Positions 1 to 11,802 of a stretch of DNA of 64,000 nucleotides are shown here, one piece after another. Position 1 is the first letter of the stretch. Every line of letters starts with the position of its first letter. The position numbers and the translations under genes were made by a program. The notes below the pieces were generated by a model that was given only the letters and a program-made list of their open reading frames with translations, was not told where the DNA came from and made no database searches. This DNA is from Geosiphon pyriformis uo1. Lineage: Eukaryota; Fungi; Glomeromycota. The stretch lies in contig JAAOMT010000703.1 in NCBI GenBank assembly GCA_016748015.1, positions 434,001 through 498,000 of the forward strand, written 5' to 3'.

Positions 1-834
1 GATAAAGACGAGATGCAAAGGTCAGTCGAGTTTGCCAACAAGGAAATATTAGGAGACGACGGTTGCTGTGAGAGCGGTGGTATGTCCATTTTTTTTTTTC
101 GTAAACAAAAATATATATATCTTGTTATATTTTTCCAAAAAAATCAAATATTATTTGGCCTCATTCTCTTTCTCAAGAGTAAAGTTTTACTTGCTCAGTT
201 TAAATTTTATTCGAGTTTTCTCTCGACCTCCTAAAGACTTCAACTTTTCTTTTTGAGTCGCAACTCTTTTACCCTACCAACTGCTCCGTCTTGTGCTTTC
301 AGGTCACTATGCTACAGTATAATCTGTTCTCAAGAAACAGTGTTGTGCATATTTTCTCAGAGCCCCAATGCGCTCTGTAAATTAAGACAATTCAGCTGAA
401 CAAGGTGGAGCAATGGGGCAATTTGGCTAGAGGTCGTTGGGATTTTCTTTTTCCGTTTTCCCTATGAACGTTTTTCGGGCCTTTTTTTTTTCTGTATATA
501 TGCCATTTCTACGAATTTTTAATTCTTTTGTTTATCAAACTTTTTACGTCATCGTGTACGTCAAATGTTGATAATTTCCTTTTATTTATCCCGTTATCTT
601 TCCTTGTCGCTGAACCGTTTTGGTTTTCGACGTAATTTCCTGGAAAAGAATATTTAACTTTTCCCAGAGTAAAGAGACCAAATGTCAAATTTTACAAAAG
701 AGAAAGCTAAATATTTGAAATAGAAGAAAAAGAAAATTTTCGCTAATTCAATTCTCGTTCATTTAACTCTAGATAAATCCATATATCAGGCATTTTCGCC
801 TCTAACACCTGGTACCCCAACCAAAACAAAACAA

Positions 835-3753
835 ATGTCGACACCAACGCGTAATAACCGCGGTCATCCCTTTAATACCACAACTACCGACAATTTAGCT
901 TTATCACCAAACTCGCCAAAAGGCGTAAACAATTCCCCCACAAATTACTTAACACCCGAACAAATCGCAGACGCGGCGGCAGTGCTGGCACAACTTGCGA
1001 CAACACCTTCTAAAGACACTTCTATACTTAACATGTTTAATAATACACCACCCACAAAATATCTAGTAGATGAAAAACCATCCAAAAAACATTTAAAAAG
1101 GAGTTTATCCTTTAATCACTCTAGTCGTCCTACATCACCTCGTCAACAAACTTCTTCTTCAAGTGCCTATATTGATGTGACTGAAGTATTAGCTACAACG
1201 GTATCTCTAGTACGAGAAAACAATAGAAAACTTGATAAAATATCTGATGAGGTTAGAAGTGAGGGTAACTATAGTGAGAATGACAATGATTATTGGAGTG
1301 ATGAAGATTCCTGGCAACAAGAGGAGGAGGATGACGATGATGATGAGGGGGAATACGAGCAGGAGGATCAACAAGTATCTGGCTGGAAAAAAGGAGAAAT
1401 TGAAAATGAAATACAATCGCTCAGTGTTCAGCTAGTGAGCATGGAAACCAAATATAAAGAGCAAGTTTATGGTAAGACACTTTTGATCCAAGAACTCGAG
1501 AATGCATTGGAAACAAGCGAAAAAGACAGTCGACGTAAACGTGCAGAGATTGAACGACTCGAGGGCCAATTGGAAGCTTCACGACGTGCTATCGCTGAGC
1601 TAGTTGATCAACAACAACGCGAAAGTGAAATAATGCGTAATCAAACTCTTGCTCTTCAGACAACCGAGACGGTGCGACGATTGGAAGCGGAATTACGTGA
1701 AAAGAATAAAGCCATCTCTGAGCTAAATAAGCGTATCACCGTATCGTCTCGACAGGTGAGTGACTCAAAAGAAAAAGAAAAAAAATTGGAAACTTTAACA
1801 AATCAACTATTGCGATATCAATCACTTGAGATTGAATGGCAAGGTAAACAAGCAACGCTTGATGGACTTTCCTCTCAATTAGAAACACTTCGAGAGCGAG
1901 AAGCTGAGCTTAATGAAAAGGACGCTTTAATTCAATCATTAAATATACGTTTGGACACTTCTCAACAAGTGATTGCTGAACTAAGAGAAAAACACGCGCC
2001 GCATGATTTGCTCAGACAACTGCGTCAAAAGGACTACATTATAGATAATCTCACACAACAGGTGGAAAACATTGATGCTGACCTCAAAGAAAAGGATGAT
2101 GAGATCGAGGCACTTGCCGGTCGATTGGCCGAAGAGGGAAAGTTAATGGAAAAGTTACGCGAACAAAATTCACAATTAATCCCGTTACGAACTCGTGCCG
2201 AAGAAGCCGATAAAAAAAGTGCTCAGATAAAACAACAGATTGCTGATAAAGAAAATTTGCTCGTGGACTTTGAAATCAAATATCGAGAAGCATCAAGAAC
2301 CATCGAAGATGGTGGTGAAAAACTTCGAGCCCAAGAGAAGACCATCTCGACCTTACGTCAAGATGTTGTTGAACTTCGACGTGCCCTGACCACTCAGTCC
2401 TCGGAAAATCGGGAGAAAGAGAGATTAATCGCGAATACGCGGGATGAGACTGCCCACATTCGTTCCAATTTTCAAGGTCTTTTAAACGCGTTGTCTGAAA
2501 AAGATCAAAAGATTCAACAACTTGATCAACACATTGAGAGTCTTCAACAACAGACAGCTGCGGCCCTCGCAAAGAGTCAGATCAACAATAATAATAATGT
2601 TGCTAACGCTGCTGGCGTCAAAGATTCCAAGAATAAAACTGAAGTTCGTTTGAATGCCCTGCAAAAAGTCCTCAATTCCAAGATTGAAGCCTGTCGTGAT
2701 TATGAAAAGAAAATTACCCAACTCGAAGAGGAATTTGCTGGTCTCAGAAAGCAAATGGACGAAAGCAAGACCGTCAGTTCCGAGAAGGAGATCAAAATTC
2801 AGCGACTCGTGAAGATGAATCGTGAGTTGAAGGAAGAAGTGACTCAACTCAAAGAAAAAATGGAGGAAAAAGAAAAGGAATTGGTCACGATAAAATCTCG
2901 CATTCCCGCACCAGCTCCTCAGAACGTTCCGGCAGCCTCCGTTAGATCTTCTGCTAGTACTTCAAGAATGGCACGGTCTCGACTTTCCTCCTCCTTTTAC
3001 AACCTTAGCGGGGGCGAAAGCAGTGGTGATGAGGTGGCAAAAACTGGAGCTCACCATGTTCGAAAGGCCGCCAGTCTAAGTGGCTTTGAAAGTCCGTTGA
3101 GAAGACGTAACATCATCCCTTCTACATCAAGACGTCTATCTGATACCTCAAAGATTTCCTCGGTCCCGTCAAAAATCTCTCCAGCCAGAACAAAATCATC
3201 TACTTACACATCATCAAACGGTAACGGCGCCTTTAGAAAGACGGCCGCTCTCACGCAGTTGACCACGAAACGAGGCGTAAAACCTCATTTATCGATTATG
3301 GCAACCACCAATGAAGTGCTAAAAAAGAAATTACCGGTCACCCCCAAAAAAGAGGTTAGCCCCATAAACCGTTCCGCGGTAACTCAAAGAAAGCTCGATA
3401 TGGCCGTGATGACGAACCTGCGTAGTGGTTTTGCGCCTGATCGTAAAAATCGTTTATCAACGATAGCTCAAAAACAACGCGCCGGGATTAATTTGTCCTC
3501 GTCAACGTCGGTCAACAAAAAGAAACTGACCGATAATACCGCGTCCAGTGATAGTGACGGTGAACGTATCAAACAAACTACTGTTGCAACGGTAAAAAAA
3601 ATCCGTGCGGGTGAAAGTACCTCTAGCCCTGTTAAAGGTACTCCCCTCCGACCAAAAGCGACCATCAACAGTCCATCATCTATCTCTTTGATTAAACAAA
3701 GTGCTTCTTTGACTCGTCCTTTACCGTCGAGAAAACCATCGTCGACTGCGTAA
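835..3753 (+). CDS. Large intronless coiled-coil protein (972 aa), family not recognised
   Basis: Uninterrupted ORF: S/T/P-rich N-terminus, acidic patch, ~500 aa E/K/Q/L heptad-rich region, basic S/T/K/R-rich disordered tail. CpG content is normal. Confidence 0.85.
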   Translation: MSTPTRNNRGHPFNTTTTDNLALSPNSPKGVNNSPTNYLTPEQIADAAAVLAQLATTPSKDTSILNMFNNTPPTKYLVDEKPSKKHLKRSLSFNHSSRPTSPRQQTSSSSAYIDVTEVLATTVSLVRENNRKLDKISDEVRSEGNYSENDNDYWSDEDSWQQEEEDDDDDEGEYEQEDQQVSGWKKGEIENEIQSLSVQLVSMETKYKEQVYGKTLLIQELENALETSEKDSRRKRAEIERLEGQLEASRRAIAELVDQQQRESEIMRNQTLALQTTETVRRLEAELREKNKAISELNKRITVSSRQVSDSKEKEKKLETLTNQLLRYQSLEIEWQGKQATLDGLSSQLETLREREAELNEKDALIQSLNIRLDTSQQVIAELREKHAPHDLLRQLRQKDYIIDNLTQQVENIDADLKEKDDEIEALAGRLAEEGKLMEKLREQNSQLIPLRTRAEEADKKSAQIKQQIADKENLLVDFEIKYREASRTIEDGGEKLRAQEKTISTLRQDVVELRRALTTQSSENREKERLIANTRDETAHIRSNFQGLLNALSEKDQKIQQLDQHIESLQQQTAAALAKSQINNNNNVANAAGVKDSKNKTEVRLNALQKVLNSKIEACRDYEKKITQLEEEFAGLRKQMDESKTVSSEKEIKIQRLVKMNRELKEEVTQLKEKMEEKEKELVTIKSRIPAPAPQNVPAASVRSSASTSRMARSRLSSSFYNLSGGESSGDEVAKTGAHHVRKAASLSGFESPLRRRNIIPSTSRRLSDTSKISSVPSKISPARTKSSTYTSSNGNGAFRKTAALTQLTTKRGVKPHLSIMATTNEVLKKKLPVTPKKEVSPINRSAVTQRKLDMAVMTNLRSGFAPDRKNRLSTIAQKQRAGINLSSSTSVNKKKLTDNTASSDSDGERIKQTTVATVKKIRAGESTSSPVKGTPLRPKATINSPSSISLIKQSASLTRPLPSRKPSSTA

Positions 3754-4244
3754 TAATAATAACAGTCAACAAACAGGAAGCAAAGCAGTATTCAGCAGAG
3801 AACGTTAATATTTTTACGTAGAGAATCAATAGCCGAGTATCAGAGATATTGTATTTGTACATAATCTGTTTGTACAATGAGAAGGAAGAGCAAAGTGAGC
3901 AACTGTCCCACTATCCATTTCTTGCGTTAGTAATATAGTAGGAGAAGGTGTTCGAAGTTACCCACTTTTATTTCATTTATTTTTCGTTATAATAATATCC
4001 ATTTTTGGTTGGCATGGGATTGTCTATATATTATCCTCATTTTTGTTATCCTTATTATTTCAATTTTTAGTTTCTGCTTGCTTGTTTTTTTGTTCGTTGA
4101 CCACACATACAATACACGTATTTTCTTATATGTTAGTCGGCTACTGGATAGACGATCATATGGTCAGGATTATCACATCAAATTTTTACATACATCCTCT
4201 TTAATGTTTCCCCTAAACCTCCAACTTCCTCTTACTTTATCATT

Positions 4245-4276
4245 ACCACTACCACCACCACCACCACCACCACCAC
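4245..4276. repeat. (CCA)n microsatellite
   Basis: accaccaccacc run seen directly. Confidence 0.9.
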
Positions 4277-5421
4277 TGCCGCTGCCACTTCATCCTTGAT
4301 CCTTCTCTCTAAACCCCTGTGATCGCATTTTGTTTTTTCTCTGCTGTTTTGGGTTTTTTTGCTTTTCTTTTTTATTTTCTTATCATTACACTCACTCACT
4401 CGCGCATACACTCCACATTTTTCTAAATTAGTAGTAACAGCTGTCTAGATTATTATTTACGGCTCTCTCAATCGCTAGTCTTTTTTAAACAGATTAATGT
4501 TTACATTTGTGTGATATAGGGTGTGGGTGCGCAAATATTATAAGTTCCACCTTAGCCAGATGATAGTTATTTTTATTAAAAAATAGGAGAGAAAAAAACC
4601 ATTGCAAAAAAAGAGGAAAAAACGCGTTGCTGCTGCCATCGTCGCCGCTGCACAAAAAACAATGCACAAAAAAAAAGCACAAAAATTGGTAAACACACAT
4701 ACAAAACATTCGTAATTCACGAAAAAAAAAATTATTTTTGCTTCTTTTTTAATTATCCCATAGGATTCAATCCCTTTCCATATTTTTTCTTACGATTGGT
4801 TGTGTCCAAAAAAAAAAAAAAGGGCTGTTGTACATATTATATCAATTTGTGTTTTTTTTGTTGGGTTTCCCTCTTCTGAGAAATATCTCTAGATCACTTG
4901 GTTTTTTTTGGTGTTCTCTTTGTTTTTCCTCACCATCATTATCCACTACAAACATAATACTATACCACTACTAGCTATTAATTAGCAACCTTCAAAAACA
5001 TATTCATATCTACTCAGGTAATATCTATAGCTAGTTTTATCCAGCATTTCCGGGTATCTTATCATTACTAAAAAAAAGTCCCGATTCCTCGTCGCACACA
5101 ATAGTTTGTGAAATTACACAAGTATCTTAAATGCTATAATCATCATTATCATCACCAATATCACAAATGACCAAATACCCTGCACTAGTAATTAGCGCGT
5201 TCGGCATATACATATATATGTTGGACACAAGGGGAAAATTCCCGATTTTTAACTTGGTTAATGTGGTTGGATCATTAATGATCTATTCGGGGTACATATG
5301 CCAAATCCCGAGTAGCTCCCCGGCTATTTCTTTGCCTCATATAATTATTTGTTCAATAAAAAACATTGCTCATCACAGTGGGTTCATTAATTGTATAAAG
5401 GTTAATCCCAGAGCTTACTAA

Positions 5422-6889
5422 CTAGGTGGAGGACCTAAATAACCATGGATTTTAGCAGGCTGCAAAAAAAACCAAAATATTATAAAGTCAAATTGAAATC
5501 ACTTACTTTGCCCATTCCACACGTAAGATCAAATTATCATATCCATATCCATTTATAGCTGTTAGAGCTTTTGCAGCATCATCTCGTATTCCAAAACTGA
5601 CGAACGCAAATCCTTTACAAACATTTGTCTCTCGATCACGCGCCAAGTATACACGAGATATGTTACCAAATCGACGAAACAGATCGTGGATATCATTTTC
5701 GGTGGTATCTTCCGATAAGTTGGTTACACGAATGGTTGCGTCATCTAAGGAATATATTAGTTAAAATCGAACTTTACAATAAGTTATCGTATAAGGAAGC
5801 ACTAACCTTTTCTTTCCTTAGAATATGAATCACCAGAAGGTTTACTGCCTGGACGAGCTGCAGGTGGTACATATTTACTTGTACCAGAAGCTTCAGTAGA
5901 TGTCGCCTCTGAGGTTGTTGCTGTTACAAAGAAAACAAAATAAGCTTAAATAATTTCCCTGAATGTTGAAGTTGAAGCAGATCAAGAATTAAACTAGAAA
6001 AAATAAAAGATAAACATACGAGGATGTTTGACCTCCTCCAAAGCATTGGTAAGTTCATCCAAAGGTTGAAGAGTGTCTTTGTAAGGGCACTTTGTGGTGA
6101 AATGATCTCCCTTACATATACGGCAAAGGATTTTTTTTCCCAACAATAATTTTTTCTTTGCAGAATCAACATCTTCTGTGACTTCTGCTTGCTGAAATAA
6201 GGAAAAATGGGAATCAATCCGAGTATAGATCAATATCAAGCAGAGAGTTTTTACCTTTCCAGTTGTAGATAACTTTAAATATACTTGTTCACTGATACTT
6301 GTGGTACTCATATCAGGTCCCACTTTTTTCCCACTTTCTTCTCCGAATTTGGCCCATTTCTGTATGAAGTCAAACATTCGAGTTCAACTACCATTGAGAT
6401 CATATGAAACACTCATGCAAGGAGGCTATAAATATCCTAGGCACCTTTCGCGCAGCCACAGCTCTGTTGACATGTTCTTTAATCAAAGTCTTTTTTATTT
6501 TTCTTGTTACCTAGGATAAAAAGTTAAGATAAAACCGAAATAAGAGAGATCATCAAAATCACCAATAATGAGAAGCCTCTATATTATTTATACCTTGACT
6601 TTTTTGCCATCGTCATTCGGTCTGTATTCAATCACTGTTTTGACTCCGTTTTCGTCAGTCAAGGCTTCCAAAGGAAGTTGATCTAGAGATGTGATTAATG
6701 CAGAGTCAAGGAAAATAAGAACTGTGGAGCAGTAAATGCGCATATTAAACATACCAAACTCTTCCCCAACCTCATCGGCCCAACTGGGCTTTAGTGCGGG
6801 ACTACAAACAAACAAAAGGAAAATATTAAAATAAATCTCTTGTGGCTCAAAGAAGCTTACATATAAACTTACAATGTGTCTACAGGCAT
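5422..6889 (-). CDS. TIF35: Translation initiation factor eIF3 subunit G, multi-exon
   Basis: Spliced peptides [28 protein letters not shown], zinc knuckle [17 protein letters not shown] and a C-terminal RRM ([24 protein letters not shown]). Introns are GT-AG. The last exon (KSST*) is inferred. Confidence 0.95.
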
Positions 6890-7084
6890 CGTGTAATAAG
6901 AAGTTTATCTTTATTATCAGGAGTTAATCCGGCAAAGTTTATATACCCAAGTGATTGGAGACTTATCACGTGATATTAACTAGTATATTTGATTTTCTTC
7001 TCTTTCTTTTTTTTTTTCCTAATCTGATGCTATATCCTAATCACCCTTTGAAATCTGAAAATTGGATCAAGTTTAGATTAAAAA
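6890..7084. promoter_or_regulatory. Compact bidirectional promoter between eIF3g and MTO1 with palindromic E-box
   Basis: Divergent ATGs are 195 bp apart, with a perfect palindrome TATCACGTGATA at 6964-6975. Confidence 0.6.
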
Positions 7085-10000
7085 ATGAATCAGATCCATA
7101 CTCGAACATTTCGCCCAAACCAATCTTGGCGATTTCCAAAACACTTGGTTCGATATGTCACCATTTCAGTAAAAGAGCCTAAACACTTTGAATATGATGT
7201 TATTGTAGTGGGGGGTGGTCATGCAGGATCCGAAGCTTGTGCTGCTGCGGCTCGAAGTGGAGCAAAGACTCTATTAATAACACAAAATTTGGATACGATC
7301 GGTAAAGAAAAGGCATAAAAAAGTTTTTTCTCTCTGATGAAAACACTTTAATCTATATGTTAGGAAATGAATGATCTCTTTGATTATAGGAGAGATGTCT
7401 TGCAATCCTTCATTTGGAGGGATTGGCAAAGGAGTGTTGGTGAGAGAGATTGACGCTCTTGATGGGTTATGCGGAAAAATTGCCGGTAAATCTTTTATTC
7501 TTCGTCAATATTTTGTTATAGAAGTTCATCCATGTTTCAATCCAACAGATTTATCTGGTATACAATTCAAGATTTTAAATAGATCGAAAGGGCCAGCTGT
7601 GCATGTAAGTCATTCTCCCTTGCTACTTTATTACATTAATTGATTAATTGATCAGCTTCTCTCTGTTCCCAGGGACCTCGTGCTCAAATAGATCGCAAAC
7701 TTTACAAGAAACATATGCAAGAATGTCTCTTCAATTATCCTAATCTAACCCTAAGAACAGGTAATGTTCATGATATCGTGATGGCACATCAACCCATAGA
7801 CCTGAATTCATCTGGAAGTGGGGAGCCTTGTTTCGGCCAAATTCAAGGGATAAAACTTGGTAATCTCTTTAACTCTCTTTTTTTATGTGAATAACAATTT
7901 AATCGATCAATTCATTTATTAGAATCTAAAGAATTCATCGCAGCACCAAAAGTGATCATCACCACTGGAACCTTTCTTAAAGGAGAAATACATATTGGTA
8001 AGGGATCAAGTGAATCCATGTTTCAAAGATGTATTTGGATAAAGAGCAACTGAAAAAGATTCAAATTTGCTCATTAAGGAAAAGTTGCTTACTCTTCTGG
8101 TCGGATCGGGGAGGCTGCATCTTTAGGACTTTCCAAATCTCTAGAGCTTGCCGGATTTCGTCTTGGTCGTTTAAAGACAGGTAAACTCGTTTTTTGGAGG
8201 GTTTTTTTGTTTAAAAAGGTTTAATTGGTATTCTTATTTTTCAGGTACTCCTCCTCGGTTGGACGGGAGAACAATCGATTATAAAAATCTAATTCCGCAA
8301 GTGGGGGATATACCTGCACATCCTTTCTCGTACCTTCATACCTCGGTGCCATACGAGGTGATAAAAACAATCCAAATTTTCTCTTGAAAACCCTATGTTT
8401 CGATTTTTTTATATACTTTTTTAAAGTGTTTGTTCGTATAGTCACAACAGCTGCTTTGTCATCAAACAAAAACCAATGATGATACCCGAGCCATAATTTT
8501 AGATAACTTAACGGAATCAATTCATATAAGAGAAACGGTGAAAGGCCCACGGTGAGTAACTACCATTGAAGATAGTCAGTTGGATATTTCGATTAAATTT
8601 TTGCATTTTTGAGATATTGCCCTTCAATTGAATCAAAAATAATGCGCTTCACGGACAAATCCGGTCACATAATATGGTTGGAACCAGAAGGTGAGTGTTT
8701 TTGTGTTTCGAAGATTGGCGATTCGAAAACTATAAACTTATGTTCTCAAAAAATCAAGCCTTTTATCGTTTTGTTTTGTTTTGTTTTGTTTTGTTTTGTT
8801 TTGTTTTGTCTTGTCTTGTTTTGTTTTGTTTTGTTTTGTTTTGTTTTGTTTTGTTTTTCTCTGAGATTGCGAAATCAAAAAACTGGCTTTTATTAAGCCC
8901 TAATAGTGTCGGGATTTCTTTTAATCTCCAAAGATAATTGACATGGATTTTCTTAGGACTTGACACACATGTTGTCTATCCGAACGGTATTTCTATCACT
9001 CTACCTGAAGATATTCAGCGACGTGTGATTAAAACTATCCCTGGATTACAGAATGCTTTAATGTTAAGGCCAGGTAAGGCTTTGAAAATATTTTTGCCTT
9101 CAATTTAGTATTTTTCAATTAAAATTTTGGCTTTTCTTTTGATCAGGATATGGCGTAGAATATGATTATGTTGATCCCCGTGAATTACGTCCTACCTTAG
9201 AAACTCATCGCATCAAAGGTTTATATTTAGCTGGACAAATCAATGGAACCACGGGATACGAAGAAGCAGCTGCTCAAGTATGAACCAAAATAAAATCAAC
9301 ATCTTCTCCTCATGAGTTTATTAATTGAATAAAATTTTGTCACTAGGGGATCATTGCTGGCATCAACGCGAGTCTGTCCGTTCGCAGGAAGCCACCTTTT
9401 ATCTTAGATCGCGCGGATGCTTATATTGGTGTGCTGATCGATGATTTGGTTACTAAGGGGGTAGAGGAGCCATACCGAATGTTCACTTCACGATCCGAAT
9501 ATCGGTTATCATTAAGAGCTGATAATGCTGATCTACGTTTAACACCAAAAGGTAAAATTTAAAAATGCAAATGACAAAACTCATTTCCTCCACCTTGGAA
9601 TATATTAATGATTTATTTAGGCTTTAGTGTTGGTTGTGTTAATGAAAATCGGTGGAAGTTATATCAAGAAACAGAATCTCAGATGTCTCGAGGTATACAA
9701 CTACTCAGTGATTTTGTATTAGGACCTCATCAATGGAATGATCTTGGGATCCCGGTTAATTATGATGGTAATAAACGCAGGTAACATCTCTTTCTTCTGC
9801 CAATCAAACAAGGGACTCTGCTGTAGTTTTGTCTTTTTTATTATTATACCTCCCTTCTAAACCAAGATAGGTTAATAATTGGTGTCTTATATCTAGTGCT
9901 TTTCAAATGATCGCTTACAGAGGTATGACAATGGATCGACTCATCGAATTAGTGCCAGAACTCTCGGAAATAACTCCATCAGTGCAAACTCGACTTTGGA

Positions 10001-10456
10001 TTGAAGGTTAGATTAGAAGTTTATTTAAAGATGTTTTTCCACTTTATCTTTCTCATATAGAATGGCTTAATCATAAAGGAAGTTATAAGATATACTTGAA
10101 AAGACAAGAAGCTGAGGTTCAAGCTTTTAGAAAAGACGAGGAGCTGAAGTTGCCTGATAATATAGATTACGACAAGTAAGTTACACGCAAATCAATCTCA
10201 GTGGGATTTGGGTTTGCTTCGATTTCTAAATTTATATAAATTTAGGATTTCAAGTCTTTCTCTAGAAGAAAGGTCAAAACTCGGGTTAATTCGTCCGACG
10301 ACTTTGGTTAGTTAATATTATGATTTATTTTACTTCATTATATGTTATTTTTCTAAATTTGACTCAAAATAGGGGGCTGCTAAACGTATCGAAGGGATAA
10401 CACCATCAGCCATATTTCTATTACTGAAATATGTCAAACGAACCAAGGATTTTTAA
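7085..10456 (+). CDS. MTO1: Mitochondrial tRNA U34 modification enzyme MTO1 (GidA/MnmG family), many introns
   Basis: Motifs [89 protein letters not shown]. Stop TAA at 10454-10456. Confidence 0.97.
8768..8858. repeat. (GTTTT)n microsatellite inside an MTO1 intron
   Basis: Tandem GTTTT pentamers with two GTCTT variants. Confidence 0.95.
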
Positions 10457-11802
10457 CAATAGATTCTATCACCAGAGTTTTCAGAATATTTATTTTAATG
10501 ATTTTCCAGATTCGGATTGGCTTCAAGATTCATGATTTTTTTTTAATTGCTAATATCACCATTTTTGATCTCAGCCCTTTTCACAATATAAGTGAAATAA
10601 ATAAAAATTATCACGTAAAACCATCTTATTGAAGCTTTGAAAATTTTAAACAAAGATCTTTGTTAAAATGTAGGCCAGTATATTATGTTGAAATAAATTA
10701 CTTAAATAAGACATCATCGAGTCCCTATTTGACATTTGCTGTTAGCAAAACAAATACAGAATGTGCAACAATGGTATCTCCGAAGTGACACGAACCAAAC
10801 AAGGTTGCGCCGGATATTTATTTAAAAAGAGGAGAGATAGAACAACGCCGTTAACGACCGACTCTAGAATGTGAAAATCTCGAGGTTATGTTTTATATGG
10901 CGAAAATGTAAGATAAATTTCTCGAAAAAAACTAACAGGAAAAGAAAAATTGAAAATAATGGGCATCGCTTTTGGAACAAACTCCTGTCTGTATTCCAAA
11001 AGATATCGAAGGTGATTTTCGCGTATTGGGAATGGATTCCATTATCAGCTGACTAATTAATACCCTAAGCTTACCCGTCGCAATGATTCAATTTCCAATG
11101 AAGGTTAAAGAGATTTAAATTTTGCAGAGATGACGAAAATACTTAATCATAAAAAGACATTAAGGGGGCTCTAAAAGAATCAGGTTTCAGGGCTAAATCG
11201 TAGAGTGAAATTCTATCCGTTCAGAATTTCAGGCCTTAAACGCCGGGCACAGGTCACTTGAGTTTTATCATTTATGCCAATTAAAAGAACGTCTCACTTT
11301 GGTTTTTGTTCCTCTCGTTTTTGGTTCACCGCTTTTTTCTGTTTAATGTATCAATACACAAGGACACCGAATATGTTACATTAATAGAGAGATACACACT
11401 AGCCATCAGCGATTTGTATATTTCCGCTCGTGAATTTCTTTAATCTTCATCAATAGAATATCAAATATCAACTAGCATCATTCACCTTTTTACTATTACG
11501 TCTGCTATATCTTTCTGTTTAAAAAACTTTGAAAATTAACAACTGTTGTACAAGGAAATACAAATACTAATAACTTATCGGCTGTGTTTTTTTCACCGAG
11601 AAGAAAAAAGCAACAAACCCAAAAAACCAAACATACATTCTCCGCCTTTACTTATTAAAACACAACAAAACCTATATTCAACTGTATGCCTTTTATCAGT
11701 TGAGCTTTATTTTCTTTTGGTGTTATAACACCTTATCTCTTTCTTTTTTTCACCTTTTTCTCGATCCTTAGGAAACTTGAATAAAGCAAACAGAGGTAGC
11801 GT

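Noticed and set aside
4009-4720. Poly-Pro ORF and neighbouring short ORFs
   Set aside because: Low-complexity, microsatellite-driven sequence with no recognisable domain or splice pattern.
8609-8966. ORFs with FCFVL or KTKQN repeats
   Set aside because: Translations of the intronic (GTTTT)n microsatellite.
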